A DNA stretch of 62,869 nt, the filler included, from Octopus bimaculoides (taxonomy: Eukaryota): NCBI RefSeq assembly GCF_001194135.2. It is 7 parts of 7 records of this genome, joined end to end, with 100 filler letters (N's around TTAATTAATTAA, not from the genome) between each part and the next. Parts side by side here need not be neighbours in the genome. Positions count along the whole stretch, not along the records: positions 1 to 30,084 come from NC_068983.1; positions 30,185 to 40,229 come from NC_068984.1; positions 40,330 to 46,417 come from NC_068982.1; 4 more parts are not named here. One strand, given 5' to 3'. The notes beneath the pieces are model-generated. The model did no database searches and was not told the origin of the DNA. It was given only the letters and a program-made list of their open reading frames with translations. Each line of letters starts with the position of its first letter. Position 1 is the first letter of the stretch. This document shows, in pieces, positions 26,042 to 40,490 of the stretch. Made by a program: the position numbers and the translations under genes.

Positions 26042-29000
26042 CACAATATATGTGTGCGTGTGTGTATATGTGTGTACTTGCGTATGTACTTGTGTGTATA
26101 AGCCATAGTATAGTGATGCCTACCGAAAGAATATGTTTAAGGGAAATATTTTCGTTGTGATTTTCTACTCTGGATCTCGAAAGAAATTTGTTACATTCTC
26201 CACACAATCTACAAGTATCTATCTGTATTGTTCGGGTTTTCTTCTCCTTAATACGTAAACCATCTTATTCCACAACACCTAACTTAGCATAAGCTATCGC
26301 TTCAAGTAACTTAATTTACAGCCAGATAATAATCAGTGTTATTGTAGGAACAGCAGCTGTAGCTGCTATGCACCTAATAACTGCTCTCTTAGCTCAAGGT
26401 ATTTGTTTGGACAAGGAAATTCTCTAGAATTTTCAGTTAGAAAACAGACCTCGACAAAAGCCGGCATTGGTATAACAACTAAAAGATTTAACTCTTTCAA
26501 CCACCAACATAGTCATTCGTTTAGGTGACAACTTGGAGAGAGGTAACTGAAAGACCCGAATGTATATTATGATTTTGAATGGAATAACATTTCTCATGCA
26601 CTTTGATAGATGCACAAACATTTCTGTAATTTCTGCTGTTCTGAAGCCCTAAAAATATTTGATAAAGTGCAATTGCTAGGGAAATATACCGAAGGAATTA
26701 CATAACTTAAACATAGATTTTAAAATTACTTAAAGACAAACAAGTGCTATGTGCTGTTGTGATGTGTGAAGCTTCTGATTTTCTGAATTAGGTTAGCCAG
26801 CTACTACAAAACTTTACTTTTCTACTTAGACAAAATTAGTACTCATTCTTATTTTACTTTAGCCGTAAATTCTGTGATGAATCTAAATTCCTACTTACAA
26901 ATATGTCTATATTCCTAGTCATTCCAATTAACTATTAGATTAGTCTCGTTAATTAAATAATTTATGTTGATTAATTATTTATTGCTTAATTAATGCATTA
27001 GTTACAATATGAAATGCTATGAAGTTAGGATGTTACCTTATAACTATAATTTATTCCCATAATCCTTATATATAAATTTATTTAACTCTTACTCAGTTCT
27101 GTTAGGTCGTTGCTAATTTTCATATACATACATACATACATACATACATACATACATGCATGCATACATACATGCATACATACATACTTACATACATGCA
27201 TGCATACATGCATACTAATATATATTGATTTATATATAGTGAGATAAATGAATACACTTACAGTGTAACTATATATGGCTTTCATAGATGTTTATTAATA
27301 CCCAAATGATATACATCTCAGCCAAGCATACAATAATATATAGACAACATACACATTCTATATCAGTCTAATATAGAGTATGTGGCGGTTTATGAAAGAG
27401 AGCAACGACCGAATAGAACTGGGTGAGAGTTAAATAAATTTATATGTAAAGGTTATAGGAATAAGCTGTAGTTATATGGCAACATATTTATATGTTTAAC
27501 TCTCTATATGGAGTTAACTATCGCATTTACATTTTTTATTAGAAGCATTCAAGGTGCTGTTCAGGCTGTAACATCTTAAAAGAGTAGCGTTTCTCCGAAG
27601 AAATACTATAAACTTACCTCATGACACCGTAATAAAACTCTCAACAGCCTCTGCGTTGTAACATTGCCTGGTCACATATTTCTTCCAATCTGATCAAGAA
27701 TCCAATATTACAGATTGTTGTTATTAAACCCTTGTACATTGACATTTTTAAACGGATCACATTTACCATAAATTCTTCTGCAAGCATTCCCTAAAAAGTT
27801 TGATAAACTGTACTAGTAGCATCGTGATTGATTTCTGGTATCAAAAGAAAGTCACGGCTAAATTGTTTTCGATTCCGTATTAAACTCAATGCAGTTGTGT
27901 TAACGTCGACTTACGACCGCTTAAAGGCAAATGCTTCAGGAAAGAGTCGGTAATTATACTGAAGTGAAATTGGCACACCGCTGTAAATTAACATATTCAA
28001 GCTTAACGGAATACAACTTTAAGATCTTCTACACGTAATATTCATAGTCTTTTAGACACTCGTGTGAAAGTAACAGAACCTCGAATCAAGAGATTGCAGG
28101 ATCAAGTTCGAATTTTCCAAACAATATTCTAGAGCAAGAGTCGGCGAACCGGGGTATACTACCCCAAGTGGGGTAAAAATGAAATTCTTGGGGGTAATGA
28201 GGATTCATTAGACATAAGTAAAATTATTTAAAAAGACGTGTTCCTTGTCACGACAATTTTTTCTTCTGGCAAGACTATACCTGTCCAGTGTAATGAACGT
28301 GTTTAGGAGGCGTCACACCATTTTGACCTACAAACAATTTGGCTGTAAAGGTGTTGTCACCATCATTTCTCCAAAACCTGAAGTGATAAAGGTTCTAGAA
28401 AAATCTTTTTGTTTCATAATGAGTACACTAATTTATTTTATCGCATTTGTTTTATACTTCTTATATTTATAATTGTATTCTCCATATAAATAGACATTAG
28501 ACATTGTGAATTCAAAGAATCTATGATTTTCTTTCTTTCAAATTTAGTGGGAAACATCGGCGTAAATAAATATTTTTTGGGATAATTGTTTCAAAACTTC
28601 CCCGACCCCTGTTCTTGAGGATCTAGTGATGGTTGCGTATCGATGAAAGCCTTTTCATATTGACGTTTCCTTTCAACGTGTCAGAATAAGACCAATTCAA
28701 AATACCACCACGAAATGTTAATACTACAGACCTTTATTCTATACACAAACTAAAACATATAGTAAATGTGGAAGTTCTTTGAAGTTCTTCGATCGTTTTT
28801 GAAAGATCCATAAAGTACTGTAAATCCCTATGAATATTTGAAGTTCTTGAATTTCTGTGTTAAAGCTAATTGCTTTGAACCGTATGTTACAGGAAAACTT
28901 TAAACTATTGGTTTCTCTTAATTATAATAAGAACTCTAATTTATTTTTGCCTATTGAATCTTGCATACGGTTTCACTTCATTTTTACTTAAGTACTGATT

Positions 29001-30128
29001 ACTTGTTCTCTAAAACTATCAATATAGATGTTTGTTTTTATCTTACTTATTCTTGATTTCTACTTATCTTTCTGTGATTTTTTCTCATATTTCAGTTTTT
29101 CCTGAAACCTCAGTTTCATTCATTCATACATACATACATACAGACCGACAGACAGACAGACAGACAGACAAACATAGATGTCTGGGGCAGACAACAAAAG
29201 TATTACCGTCACAGAGGTCAGCTGTCGTGCTGATGCAAATATGCCTTTGAAAATTATAATGATAACTATGGTCAACTGCTTCGAAAGCTCCAGTTTCTAT
29301 ATTCGGTTTACAAATTTGCATTTATACCAATAATTACTGGAGTACTTGGTTTTGTAAGTAAATAACTAACTGTCAGACTGGATAAGCTTGGATTTTCAGG
29401 AAGAAAAATAAATCAACGAACTGACTCGCACATTACAAATACAATCTGTAAGCGGAACAATAAAACTATACAAGAATTCTTTCAGGTCTAAAATGTGACA
29501 CAATTTTCATTGTCTGTATTCCAACGATAGAGCTTTGTATCTTTGTTAGAAACCAGCTCTTTCTTCAAAGGGAAAAATTTAAGTAATTATAAACAGAAAA
29601 AAAAACATACATACAGAATACATACATACAGAATACATACATACATACATACATATATGCATACATGCATACATACATACATACATACATACGTACATAC
29701 ATACATACAGAGTGAGAATCAAAAGGTGATGAGTAGAGCTGGCATGGCACGTTTGCGGAACATGGTAACTAAGTGACGAATAGGGTTTACTGGCCATGCA
29801 TTTCGATTATTGCAGAAGAGACATGCTGGCATCGTGAAGGAGTGGTTGCTGACTCTATGTCTTCAGGAGGAGTTACCTCAATCCTTTCTATATTAACCAA
29901 AATGAAGTAGATTGACAAATTTATTTTTTGAACCAGTGGAAGACACGCGAGATGTCGAAATATTGTTCACAAGATAGCAAATGGCACTCTTCTTTTAATT
30001 TTGACTCTATATCTTCAGGAGGAGTTACCTCAATCCTTTCTATATTAACCAAAATGAAGTAGATTGACAAATTTATTTTTTGAANNNNNNNNNNNNNNNN
30101 NNNNNNNNNNNNNNNNNNNNNNNNNNNN

Positions 30129-30140
30129 TTAATTAATTAA
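30129..30140. other. Artificial scaffold-join linker N44-TTAATTAATTAA-N44 (also 40274, 46462, 50344, 57360, 59511)
   Basis: Identical 12-mer (stops in all six frames) flanked by exactly 44 N on each side at six sites, 100 nt in total each time. Confidence 0.95.
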
Positions 30141-30214
30141 NNNNNNNNNNNNNNNNNNNNNNNNNNNNNNNNNNNNNNNNNNNNCCTCCTCCTCCTCCTC
30201 CTCCTCCTTCTTCT

Positions 30215-30320
30215 TGGCGGAATCGTTAGCACAGTAGGCAGAACGCTTTGTGGCATTTTGCTCGTTTTTACGCTCAGAGTTCAAATTTCGCACTAGTCCA
30301 ATTTGCGCTTTACCCTTTCT
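30215..30320 (+). mobile_element. SINE family D, 5' part
   Basis: TGGCGGAATCGTTAGCAC...GAGTTCAAATTTCGC matches the D head. Confidence 0.65.
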
Positions 30321-31005
30321 GTCTGGCGTGACCGGCAAAAGTTACACATTTCGTTTTATTATATGTAAGATTATTATCCAGTTGAGCAACCGCCATGTAC
30401 GAGTGTTTCACAAGATAGAATATGATTAGGATTCTTTGGCAATATATTTCGGGATTAGACAGTTTTGGGGTTCTTTCCCTTGTTTTCTCCCTATAAGAAT
30501 TTATGTTGCCACTAATAACAGCTTTTTTCTTATTATAATTTCACTAAATTAATTAAATATCATTTTTGCTGTGTCCTCTTAAGAAATGTAGCTTCTATAG
30601 AAATCTCTTTCGCTCTGTGTATATCTATCTATATCTCTCAATCAATCACTTCCTCTCTCAATACAATTTCTTTCACACACACTTGCATACACAAACACCT
30701 ATACACTTATACACACACACATAAGTATATATGTATATATATNNNNNNNNNNACACATATGTATACCGTGTCATATGTGGCCAGTACACGTTGTAGTGTA
30801 AGGAAGCATTGAAACTCATATCGGGGTGCCGTAAATTAGCATGATTAGATCAGCAATACACACTGACACACAGGCATACTGTTTCGTGCACACATATGCA
30901 ACAAAAGGTGTATTATAGAGAGATTTGAAAGTTGCAAAAATAGACAGATTGAAGATATATTGATAAATAGAAAGGTAGATAAATATCGAGAGGCGAGATA
31001 GATAG

Positions 31006-31083
<78 letters not shown>

Positions 31084-32552
31084 CGATGGATAGATGGACT
31101 GATAGATAGATACATAGATAGATAGAAAGTGACAGATAGATAGATAGATAGAGAGAGAGAGAGCGATAGTTAGATAGATAGAGATAGATAGATAGATAGA
31201 TAGAGTGAGAGAGAGAGAGAGAGAGAGAGAAAAAGAGAGAGAGTGAGGGAGAGAGATTTCTTTGTCAACGTACATCCATTCTTCCATGCTGGTGTATCTT
31301 ACTCTTTTGAATACGGTGAGAAGATTTAATCGGTAGAGGGAGCTGGTGATGTGTTTATAATTGAGCATTTCGCAAAAATTCCTCTCTCTCCCCGCCCCAC
31401 CACAAAAAGAGGTAATAAAACGGCATAAGAGAAACGTAATATAAAAATAACGAAAAAAAAAAATTAAAATAAAAGGGACTGAGGAATAAAAAAAATATTC
31501 AGAAAACCAATGAAAATACGTTGGAGCATCTCTTGGCCGGAAGCTGGACGTTGTAAAATTAAAATTACGCTTAAATATAGCAATTAATTTATTAAAATGA
31601 ATTTTTCAAAAAATAAACGAATAAACAAATACATCGCTAAAATAAAATTGTAAAAAAGCTATATTCATACCAGTAATTGTGTGGCTTAATTGAGCGCTAA
31701 TAAATTAATGTAGTTATTTTCGTAATTTTGATGAAGCTCTGGATATAAAGAGTAAAACGAAAGATGAAAACTTATAAGGTGGCATAAAATTTGAAATGTA
31801 ATTATTTTTGGTTGCAATACAATTCGAAAGTGGTTCCAAAATAGTTTGGCAAAAAAAAAAAAAAAAAAAAAAAATTGCACAGTAAATGGTTAGAAGAGGA
31901 TTTAAATTGGTTAGGAATGGTTGGAAAATAGATGGAGATGGTTAGGAAAGGAATAAAAAGAAATGGTTATCAAAAATGGTTAGAAAATAGAAATATTTCG
32001 GAATTTTAGAATCTGAATTGGAAAAACAAAAAGACAACAAAATGAAGGAAAAAACCCCCCAGAAAATGTTATTTCCAATTCATATTCGAGTTATTGCCTC
32101 ACTTCCGGTTATATTTGCTGTTGAATGTTTGTTTTTTTATTGTTGTTGATGTTATCTTCCAATTTTGGATTTCAGTTGTTGCTCTTTTTTCTTGGCTTGA
32201 AATTATTCTTCTTGCTGTTTTCCTTGTCTTCGTTCTTACCGATTCTTTATCTGCTTTCTGGTTGCCTTTGTTATTGTTTTTTGTATGTATTTATTGTTGT
32301 TATATTTGTCGTTGATGACGCTATCGTTGCTGTGGTCGCCATCGTTATTGTTAGGTGTCCTCTTCTTTTCTTTTTCCCTGTGTATATTGTAAAAGTTTGT
32401 TTTGCTTTTTGTTTTTATTTAATTTTTGTTTTTGTAGCTTTGTTATATTTTACTTTCATGTTGTAGAAATTTTCATCGCTGTTGTTGCAAACCGTTGTTT
32501 TAAATTTAAAAATACACTAGTTTACAGTGATTTATCAGAGGTTTACGGAGCT

Positions 32553-32611
<59 letters not shown>

Positions 32612-32734
32612 TTGCTACTGCTGCTACTGCTGCTGGTGCAAGTGCTGCTGGTGCAAGTGCTGCTGGTGCAAGTGCTGCTGGTGCAAGTGCTGCTGGTGCA
32701 AGTGCTGCTGGTGTTGCTGCTACTACTAATGCTG

Positions 32735-32781
<47 letters not shown>

Positions 32782-32841
32782 GCTCTTACTGCTGCTGCTA
32801 CTACTACTACTACTNNNNNNNNNNTGCTCTTACTGCTGCTG

Positions 32842-32909
<68 letters not shown>

Positions 32910-32910
32910 G
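32553..32910. repeat. (CTA)n/(CTG)n tract containing five tandem 15-bp TGCTGCTGGTGCAAG units
   Basis: Directly visible; gives an ASAAG-repeat ORF with no other coding support. Confidence 0.85.
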
Positions 32911-33696
32911 CAGCAGCATCAAGTGCGGCAACGTAGTTTATACCGGCTATTTCGAAAATAAATCATGGTTAGTTGTAATTCTATTGTCTCACCTCTATTA
33001 TTATCTGTGTTCTTCTTTTGCACCAGGATGTTTCGAATGTGCAAATACTTTTCTAAAAAAAAAAAATAAATGATAATAATTAAAAATAAATAAAAAGACG
33101 TCTTGAAATCTTAGTAGCTCTTAAGGTTGTTGGCATTAGTATGCATCGCTTGAATGTAACTGTGTTTCGTGTTGCTCGATTTCATATTAAATATTTCCAT
33201 GGCGTATTCGGGTGCCGTGCGTGGCATTTACGCAAATGTGCACTGAATGATATTAGATACAGAAAATATGACCCATTGATATAACTCAAACCACAGGAGT
33301 GAGTTTTGTATTATTACTTGGATTCAAATTTGTGCTTCCAAATTCTGTAATTTTCTTTAAAATCCGGCTGTTTAATTTATCATGTGACTACTTAAATTTA
33401 TGGATGTAGCAAACGTCTTGTCTTAGCAATAATTGAATTATCTTTTGAAGTTTTGTGCTGGCTTCCATAAGTTTAGTAACATCGTTTTCTCGATAATTAC
33501 AATTTTCAAACATCCCTGCTGATAAAATTTTTTCCACCAAAAACGTGTTTTTTTTCCATTACATATTTCAGTCAAATTCATTCTTGTGTTATATTTTACA
33601 GGTTGTACAATATTGCTGTTCCATATGGAAAACAATTAAATTTTGGAAAAATTAAAAGAAAAGATTTTTAAAGGATATTTGCATAGTGTTCAAATA

Positions 33697-33855
33697 GAAG
33701 AAGAAGAAGAAGAAGAAGAAGAAGAAGAAGAAGAAGAAGAAGAAGAAGAAGAAGAAGAAGAAGAAGAAGAAGAAGAAGAAGAAGAAGAAGAAGAAGAAGA
33801 AGAAGAAGAAGAAGAAGAAGAAGAAGAAGAAGAAGAAGAAGAAGAAGAAGAAGAA
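33697..33855. repeat. Pure (GAA)n tract, about 53 units
   Basis: Directly visible; abuts the 3' end of a minus-strand SINE D. Confidence 0.95.
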
Positions 33856-33990
33856 TTCTTTCTACTAATTTGGAGGAAGGGACTAGTCGATTACATCGAC
33901 TCTAGTGTTTCACTGGTACTTAATTTATCGACCCCGAAAGGATGAAAGTCAAAGTCGACCTAGGTGGAATTTGAACTCAGAACATAAAGA
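33852..33990 (-). mobile_element. SINE family D, 3' part
   Basis: GGGACTAGTCGATTACATCGAC...GAAAGGATGAAAGTCAAAGTCGACC shared with other D copies. Confidence 0.8.
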
Positions 33991-34574
33991 GGAGAAAGAA
34001 CATAGATACATACATTAAATGCATACATGCACAATACAAAACGACGTTTTGAATATTTTATTTTTCTTAGCATTGAATAAAGATACAAGCACTGTTTTAT
34101 GTATTGAGTACATCTTTCTTCTCTAAGCAAAAACATCGTGCAAAACATCCATACCTAGGTCCACATGGCCATGTATAAATATACAACAATGTACAAATAT
34201 AAACGTACATGTATACTTGCACACACAAGCATACACATGTATTTAATTTTTAAAAGTATTTTTTGAAAGAACATTGTCAAGAATTCTATAATTCGCTGTG
34301 TTACCAAGAACTGTTGCACCTGATGTCAGGTTATCAAACTTATCTCTTTGTACTAAGAATCGAAGAATCAATTTTTCCCCATATTACGCTCTTGTTCCCT
34401 ACATTTAGTTATTTCTTAGAAAAAAAAATTTCAATCGAATTCTCTTTGCTAATTTATTTTATTTAATTATATCGTTGATTTTATACAAAACATATTCTCA
34501 TTCACTCTATATAGACACAAGCTCGTATACATACGTATGTGTGTGCCTATATACATACATACATGCATACATAC

Positions 34575-34617
<43 letters not shown>

Positions 34618-34750
34618 ACAAGCTTATATGTATCTATATATTTGTATACATATATGTGTGCCTATATGTATACACACACATATCTATATATATACAAACA
34701 TTTACACACACATGGATGCATATACACGAGCACGCACGAACACACACCCA

Positions 34751-34783
<33 letters not shown>

Positions 34784-35346
34784 GCATGCGCTCATCACAT
34801 TTGTTACATTTGTGAGATCGCTATGTGTAGAATCATAGGCGTGTCTCGTAAGAATTTTCTTCCAATATCGACGACGAGAAAGTAAAAGGTTTTCACGAGA
34901 CAGTACACTCCTCCTTCCCCTTTCCCATCTCCGAAGACACTCTTAATTGCTGTTTTTACTTTTCTGAGTTGTTTTTTTTTGTTTTGTTTTTGAGTGAGCA
35001 AGCGAAAAATCAAGAGAGACTGAAAGAAGCTGATCAGAAACGCAAAGATAAGTCAAAAAGTTTAAAGAAGATACCAGGATGGAAGAAAAAAAATTATATA
35101 TACATATATAAAATCAGAAATAAAAGAACAGAAAACAAGCGGTGCTTTGGTTCGTTAAAATGAAGAGTCTCACATTTAACCTTTTGCTTACAGTTCAGAC
35201 AATAACGAATCCAGAAAACGAATACTATCTCCCGCCTGAATAAAATCTTGGAAAAGAAAAAAAGATAATTAAAATATAACCACATGAGATTATTACAATG
35301 TAATTAACATCGTAATTGTGAGCAAGGGTGAGATTATGTGCGACTA

Positions 35347-35409
<63 letters not shown>

Positions 35410-35443
35410 CTATCTATGTATCTGTCTATCTATGTACACACAC

Positions 35444-35493
<50 letters not shown>

Positions 35494-35610
35494 ACATATA
35501 TATATATATACATATACGTACATATATATATATATGTATACATATACACACACATTCACATATACATATATATTTTTACGTACATATGTATGCTTATATA
35601 TATATATACA

Positions 35611-35643
<33 letters not shown>

Positions 35644-36472
35644 GCATTCATATATAGAAATGTGTATCCATTTCTTTCTCCCTCTGTTTCTTTCTTTGAA
35701 TCTGTCTCTCTCTCTGTCTCTCTCTCTCTCTCTCTTTCTCTCTCGCTTCGTCTGTCTTTCTCTATCTTTTTCTCTTTCTCCCACTCACTTTATACATACA
35801 TATGTGTACGCGCGAATCTTCATACATAAAAATGTATAGAGGCGCATTTAAGATAAAATGTTTGAAATTTCGACGTGCCGAAACTACTCTGATACTTGTG
35901 TCCATGGTTTACGAGAGGCATATCGACTGTTGCTTGTTAATTCCCGGTAATCGTTTCCCTGTTCCACCCACTTCTATATTCCTAGCTGACGCAGCACCCG
36001 ACACTTATAGCTTACCTGTACAGATTAACCTCTCAAGTTGCGACCACTTTATCTTTTCCCCATTTCTCATCTCTTCTTCCTCCGCCTGTTTCTCTTTCTA
36101 GTTTGTTCTCTCTACCACTGATACTTTCATACACTGCCTCTTGATTTACCACTCATTCACACTTACTCATCTTCTTCGATCTTTAAGGATTAGCCATATT
36201 TAGGTGGCAAATTTACTTCACGATGTTCTGCTGCTAGTGTTTATACCTCGCTCAGAGATTTATTATATATATATTCATTTTCTCCAAGTAAAAGATCACA
36301 AAATAACCGTGGTAGCAAAGATCACAAAATAACCGTGGTGTAACTCCTGTTTATGAGGTAGAAACTCCTTGATATTTGGGGTATTTGAGTATATATAAAT
36401 TTAAAGAATGGTGTAAGCGCATGTTATAACTGCATACAGTATGCAGTTATAATATGCGTTTACTCCATTCTT

Positions 36473-36542
<70 letters not shown>

Positions 36543-38522
36543 ACGGGTTCTTTCCAGTGTCACTCTAACAAATCCACTCACAAGGTCAGTCTGATGTATT
36601 ATTTACATCTCATTAAGTGAGAAAATATTCTTATTAAAACATCATGCGGAATGTTTACGAATGTGCGTAAGAAATTGTGTAACTAGAGTTCTTTAATGTC
36701 CTTTGAACTATTCCAGGAGTATTTTTGCAGTCAAATATCTTTTCACCTCCATGTACATAAGAAACATGTAAACTATGACCTTAGACGAATGTATTTTCTT
36801 TAACGCTACTACATGTGATATTATGTGTGTGAGTGTGTGTGATTGCATGTTTATGTATGTTCATATGCTTGTATATTTGTATGTATGCATGCATGTATGT
36901 ATGTATGTATGTACGTACGTATGAAAATGCAGTCAGATACTCAGATGCTAGCAGCTTTCATCATAAGACACCCAGCTTTATTCGTTGTTTTGAATTTTGC
37001 GGGATTTCAACGGGTCTTTTTATCACTTTGGAAAAAAAAAAAAACGTAGCAAAAATGTTAATAATACAAACAATACAAAAGTCAATTATTGTAAGGTTTC
37101 TCATGTAAATATTACCTTTCCGTCGCTTATCACCAGAGCGTTCATCATAAAACAAACAGAACAAATTCATGCGGAGAAAACTGTAATTTCTGAAGCAGCG
37201 TTTTTGATATCTTCAATCCACAGGGAATGTGAGTTGTGTCGTATATCAAGATATTATAACAGAAACAAATATTACCCTATTTCCGTCTCTGATATCTACG
37301 TTTCAAAGCAGAATTTACGCTCAAGTAAGCATTTTTTCAGTCTCCTATCCAAACAAATTACTACTCTATTTTTACATTTCATTGTAACAAGAAATCACGA
37401 TTTTGTACCGATATCACGTACAGTCCACTGACAGAATCAGTCCATTGTGTAAAAGTTCAAAACGCTGCAATTTATGTTTTGCTGAAAAATTTCATAGTAT
37501 AACTACCTTATCCAAATTAAAAAAAAAACAGATATAAAACAAGAAGCAAATATCGATTTGTCTACACAGAATGATTTCTCTATCATTTTTCAGGTCAAAA
37601 GACGCCTGTGTCATTGCACGCACACACACAAACACCACATTTCCGCCATAGACATGCGCACGAAGAAAATGAAAGAGAAGGAGGATTAAAACTGAAAGAT
37701 ATTTCAAGATAAATAAGTGAAGAATAAAGGAAAAGTAGTAAATGTAAAACGAAAATAAATTTGCCATAAGAAGTAAGAGACAAAATAATGCGAAGAATTA
37801 GAAGAGGAACAAGAAGAGAACGTAAAAGAATGTTAAATTGATACATCATAGAAAAAAAAATCTGAAATCTGGAGGCATGTGTTTCCTTTCAATATGGCTT
37901 GATAATTGTAGTGGAGAACTTGTAACAAATAAACTTTAAAAAATAAGGGTAACCTTAAGGATTGGCATTAGATTTGAAGAGAATATAAATTGGGCGACTG
38001 CTGGGTAAAAACGTGAAAGAAGTGGCAAGTGTGCGCATATTTAACTTGATTAGTGAGTGACGTTAAAGTGTTTTAATGAAATATCTTAATGGCGGACGTT
38101 TCAATTTACGGTTTGTAGGTTTTTTTGTTCTTTGTCTTTTTTTGTTATCAAACCTTGCCTTTCGTTAAATTCTGGTGGAGGAAAATGTGAGTCAGAAAGT
38201 CTAAGAGAGAGNNNNNNNNNNNNNNNNNNNNNNNNNNNNNNNNNNNNNNNNNNNNNNNNNNNNNNNNNNNNNNNNNNNNNNNNNNNNNNNNNNNNNNNNN
38301 NNNNNNNNNNNNNNNNNNNNNNNNNNNNNNNNNNNNNNNNNNNNNNNNNNNNNNNNNNNNNNNNNNNNNNNNNNNNNNNNNNNNNNNNNNNNNNNNNNNN
38401 NNNNNNNNNNNNNNNNNNNNNNNNNNNNNNNNNNNNNNNNNNNNNNNNNNNNNNNNNNNNNNNNNNNNNNNNNNNNNNNNNNNNNNNNNNNNNNNNNNNN
38501 NNNNNNNNNNNNNNNNNNNNNN

Positions 38523-38574
<52 letters not shown>

Positions 38575-39611
38575 TAGATGGATAGATAGATAGATGTATA
38601 TATATGTATATGTAAATATGTGTATGTGCATATGTGTATAAATACACGTATGTAAATATATACTGTGTATGCACACATACTTACAAACATACATATATGC
38701 ATACATACACATATAAGTAAATATAAATATATACTCATATGGTCACATGTGAGCCTAACTATATAAATTTAAAACATATACACACGACCAAACGTACAAG
38801 ATTGACAAGACAGTTCAAGAGATACACTTAAATAAATCAACGAAATTCCCTTGTAGATGTGGCCCATGCTTCAATTAACTCCGTTTAAATTCTTGTTTCT
38901 GAAGTGCAAGCGAACGCGTAGAGAAATAAATAATACGCAAATGCAATGAGCTCATTCGGGGTTCTTTACAAGTGGACAACTCTACCAAAAAAGAATAAAT
39001 AAATAAAGTGCTCCACAGCCACATTTATTCATGTTAAACTAAAATGTAATATTTAGCAATCTCATCGATTATGTTTTCTCTTGCAGACCCAAGGAATAAA
39101 TGTAATTGCTTGGCACCTTGTGCCAGTCTATGGTACAAATTCCTCGGGTCGACCAAAATAATCACACACACATGACTGGTAAGTTGTGACGGGTTGGTTA
39201 TGATTCAAACTCCACAGATATCACCAATACTACCAACCAGAACAGTAACACCAGCGCAACCACTCCTTTCTACACTATCATCACTTTGTAGGGTCGTGCC
39301 TGGCTGGTCCCTTCAGAAAATGTAATTTTTCAAAATGCCTTCTCGTCGTATTAGAGGGTCGTGCTTGGCAGATTTTCTTGAACAACAGCAGTAAAGATAA
39401 AAAATGGTATTTGCGTGTTTTCGCTACGTCCCTTTCAACGCTAGATCTTGCGTCCTTCCGAAATATAAATTTGTGTTTCATATTTTGAGGATCGATAAAC
39501 TAAGATACACCAGTCAATTTCTGAGTACGATTCAATTGATCTTTCTCTCCAGCAAACTTTTCAAGTTTTGTGCCAATTAAGAAATTACATGAGAAGATAT
39601 CAGTAAAGAAC

Positions 39612-39704
<93 letters not shown>

Positions 39705-40179
39705 CGTGTAGGTGTTATTGTCAGACGAGGAAGCGTACAAAGTTATAGAGACACAGAGAAAGAGAGATAAAGTTTGTTCAGACCCAGAGAGATAAAGTTG
39801 AGAGATACTGCGTTGTAGCAAAGTAGATATTTTGTGTGAAGAAAAAAAAAAGAAGAAAAAAAATATAGATAAATATACATCTGATTCATAGTGAGATAAA
39901 ACTGATATGACATCATATGACTAACCAGATTAAGATTTTTTCTTTTTTGCGTCTATAAGATATATAGATATAACGCAATCATCACATTTTTTTTTTAGTT
40001 ACCGTCTCTAGATAATTATATATGTGCTTTAATATACGCAGTTACACGTTCAGGCCACTATATATGTACGCACAGACAAACACAATTTACCAATATACTT
40101 ATATGCATATACATACACACATAAATATATGTATTAATATGCGTAAGTATGATATATGAGTGTGCATGTGTTTGCGCGC

Positions 40180-40229
<50 letters not shown>

Positions 40230-40329
40230 NNNNNNNNNNNNNNNNNNNNNNNNNNNNNNNNNNNNNNNNNNNNTTAATTAATTAANNNNNNNNNNNNNNN
40301 NNNNNNNNNNNNNNNNNNNNNNNNNNNNN

Positions 40330-40490
40330 ATACACGACGGGCTTCTTTGAATTTCCGTCTACTAAGTCCACTGACAAGGCTTTGATCTTCTCGAGGCTAT
40401 AATAGAAGACACTTGCGCAAGGTGTCATGCAGTGGGAATGAACCCAAAAGCATGTGGTTGGGAAGTAAGCTTCTTAGCACACAGCCACGC
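40330..40490 (-). mobile_element. SINE module A (similar copies at 36540-36590, 46762-46915, 58806-58970 minus; 55262-55490 plus)
   Basis: Homologous to 9380-9540. Confidence 0.8.

Noticed and set aside
27612-27690. Minus-strand exon-like segment with GAG|GTAAGT donor (WKKYVTRQCYNAEAVESFITVS*)
   Set aside because: All three frames from the best acceptor contain a stop; no recognisable homology. A similar strong donor at ~36012 was also closed in all frames.
28140-28480. Possible hAT-like terminus and the 75-aa ORF at 28245-28472
   Set aside because: No matching second terminus or transposase motif found.
29850-30084. 83-bp direct duplication with 152-bp period ending at a gap
   Set aside because: It abuts a scaffold join; a contig-end overlap or collapsed tandem repeat cannot be distinguished from real structure.
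32527-32961. Mucin/silk-like ORF with poly-Thr and ASAAG repeats
   Set aside because: Entirely simple repeats spanning a gap; no signal peptide or splice support.
36291-36339. 23-bp direct repeat with a 3-bp spacer; similar 50-bp tandem duplication at 61955-62059
   Set aside because: Only two copies each, ordinary slippage duplications; not CRISPR-like.
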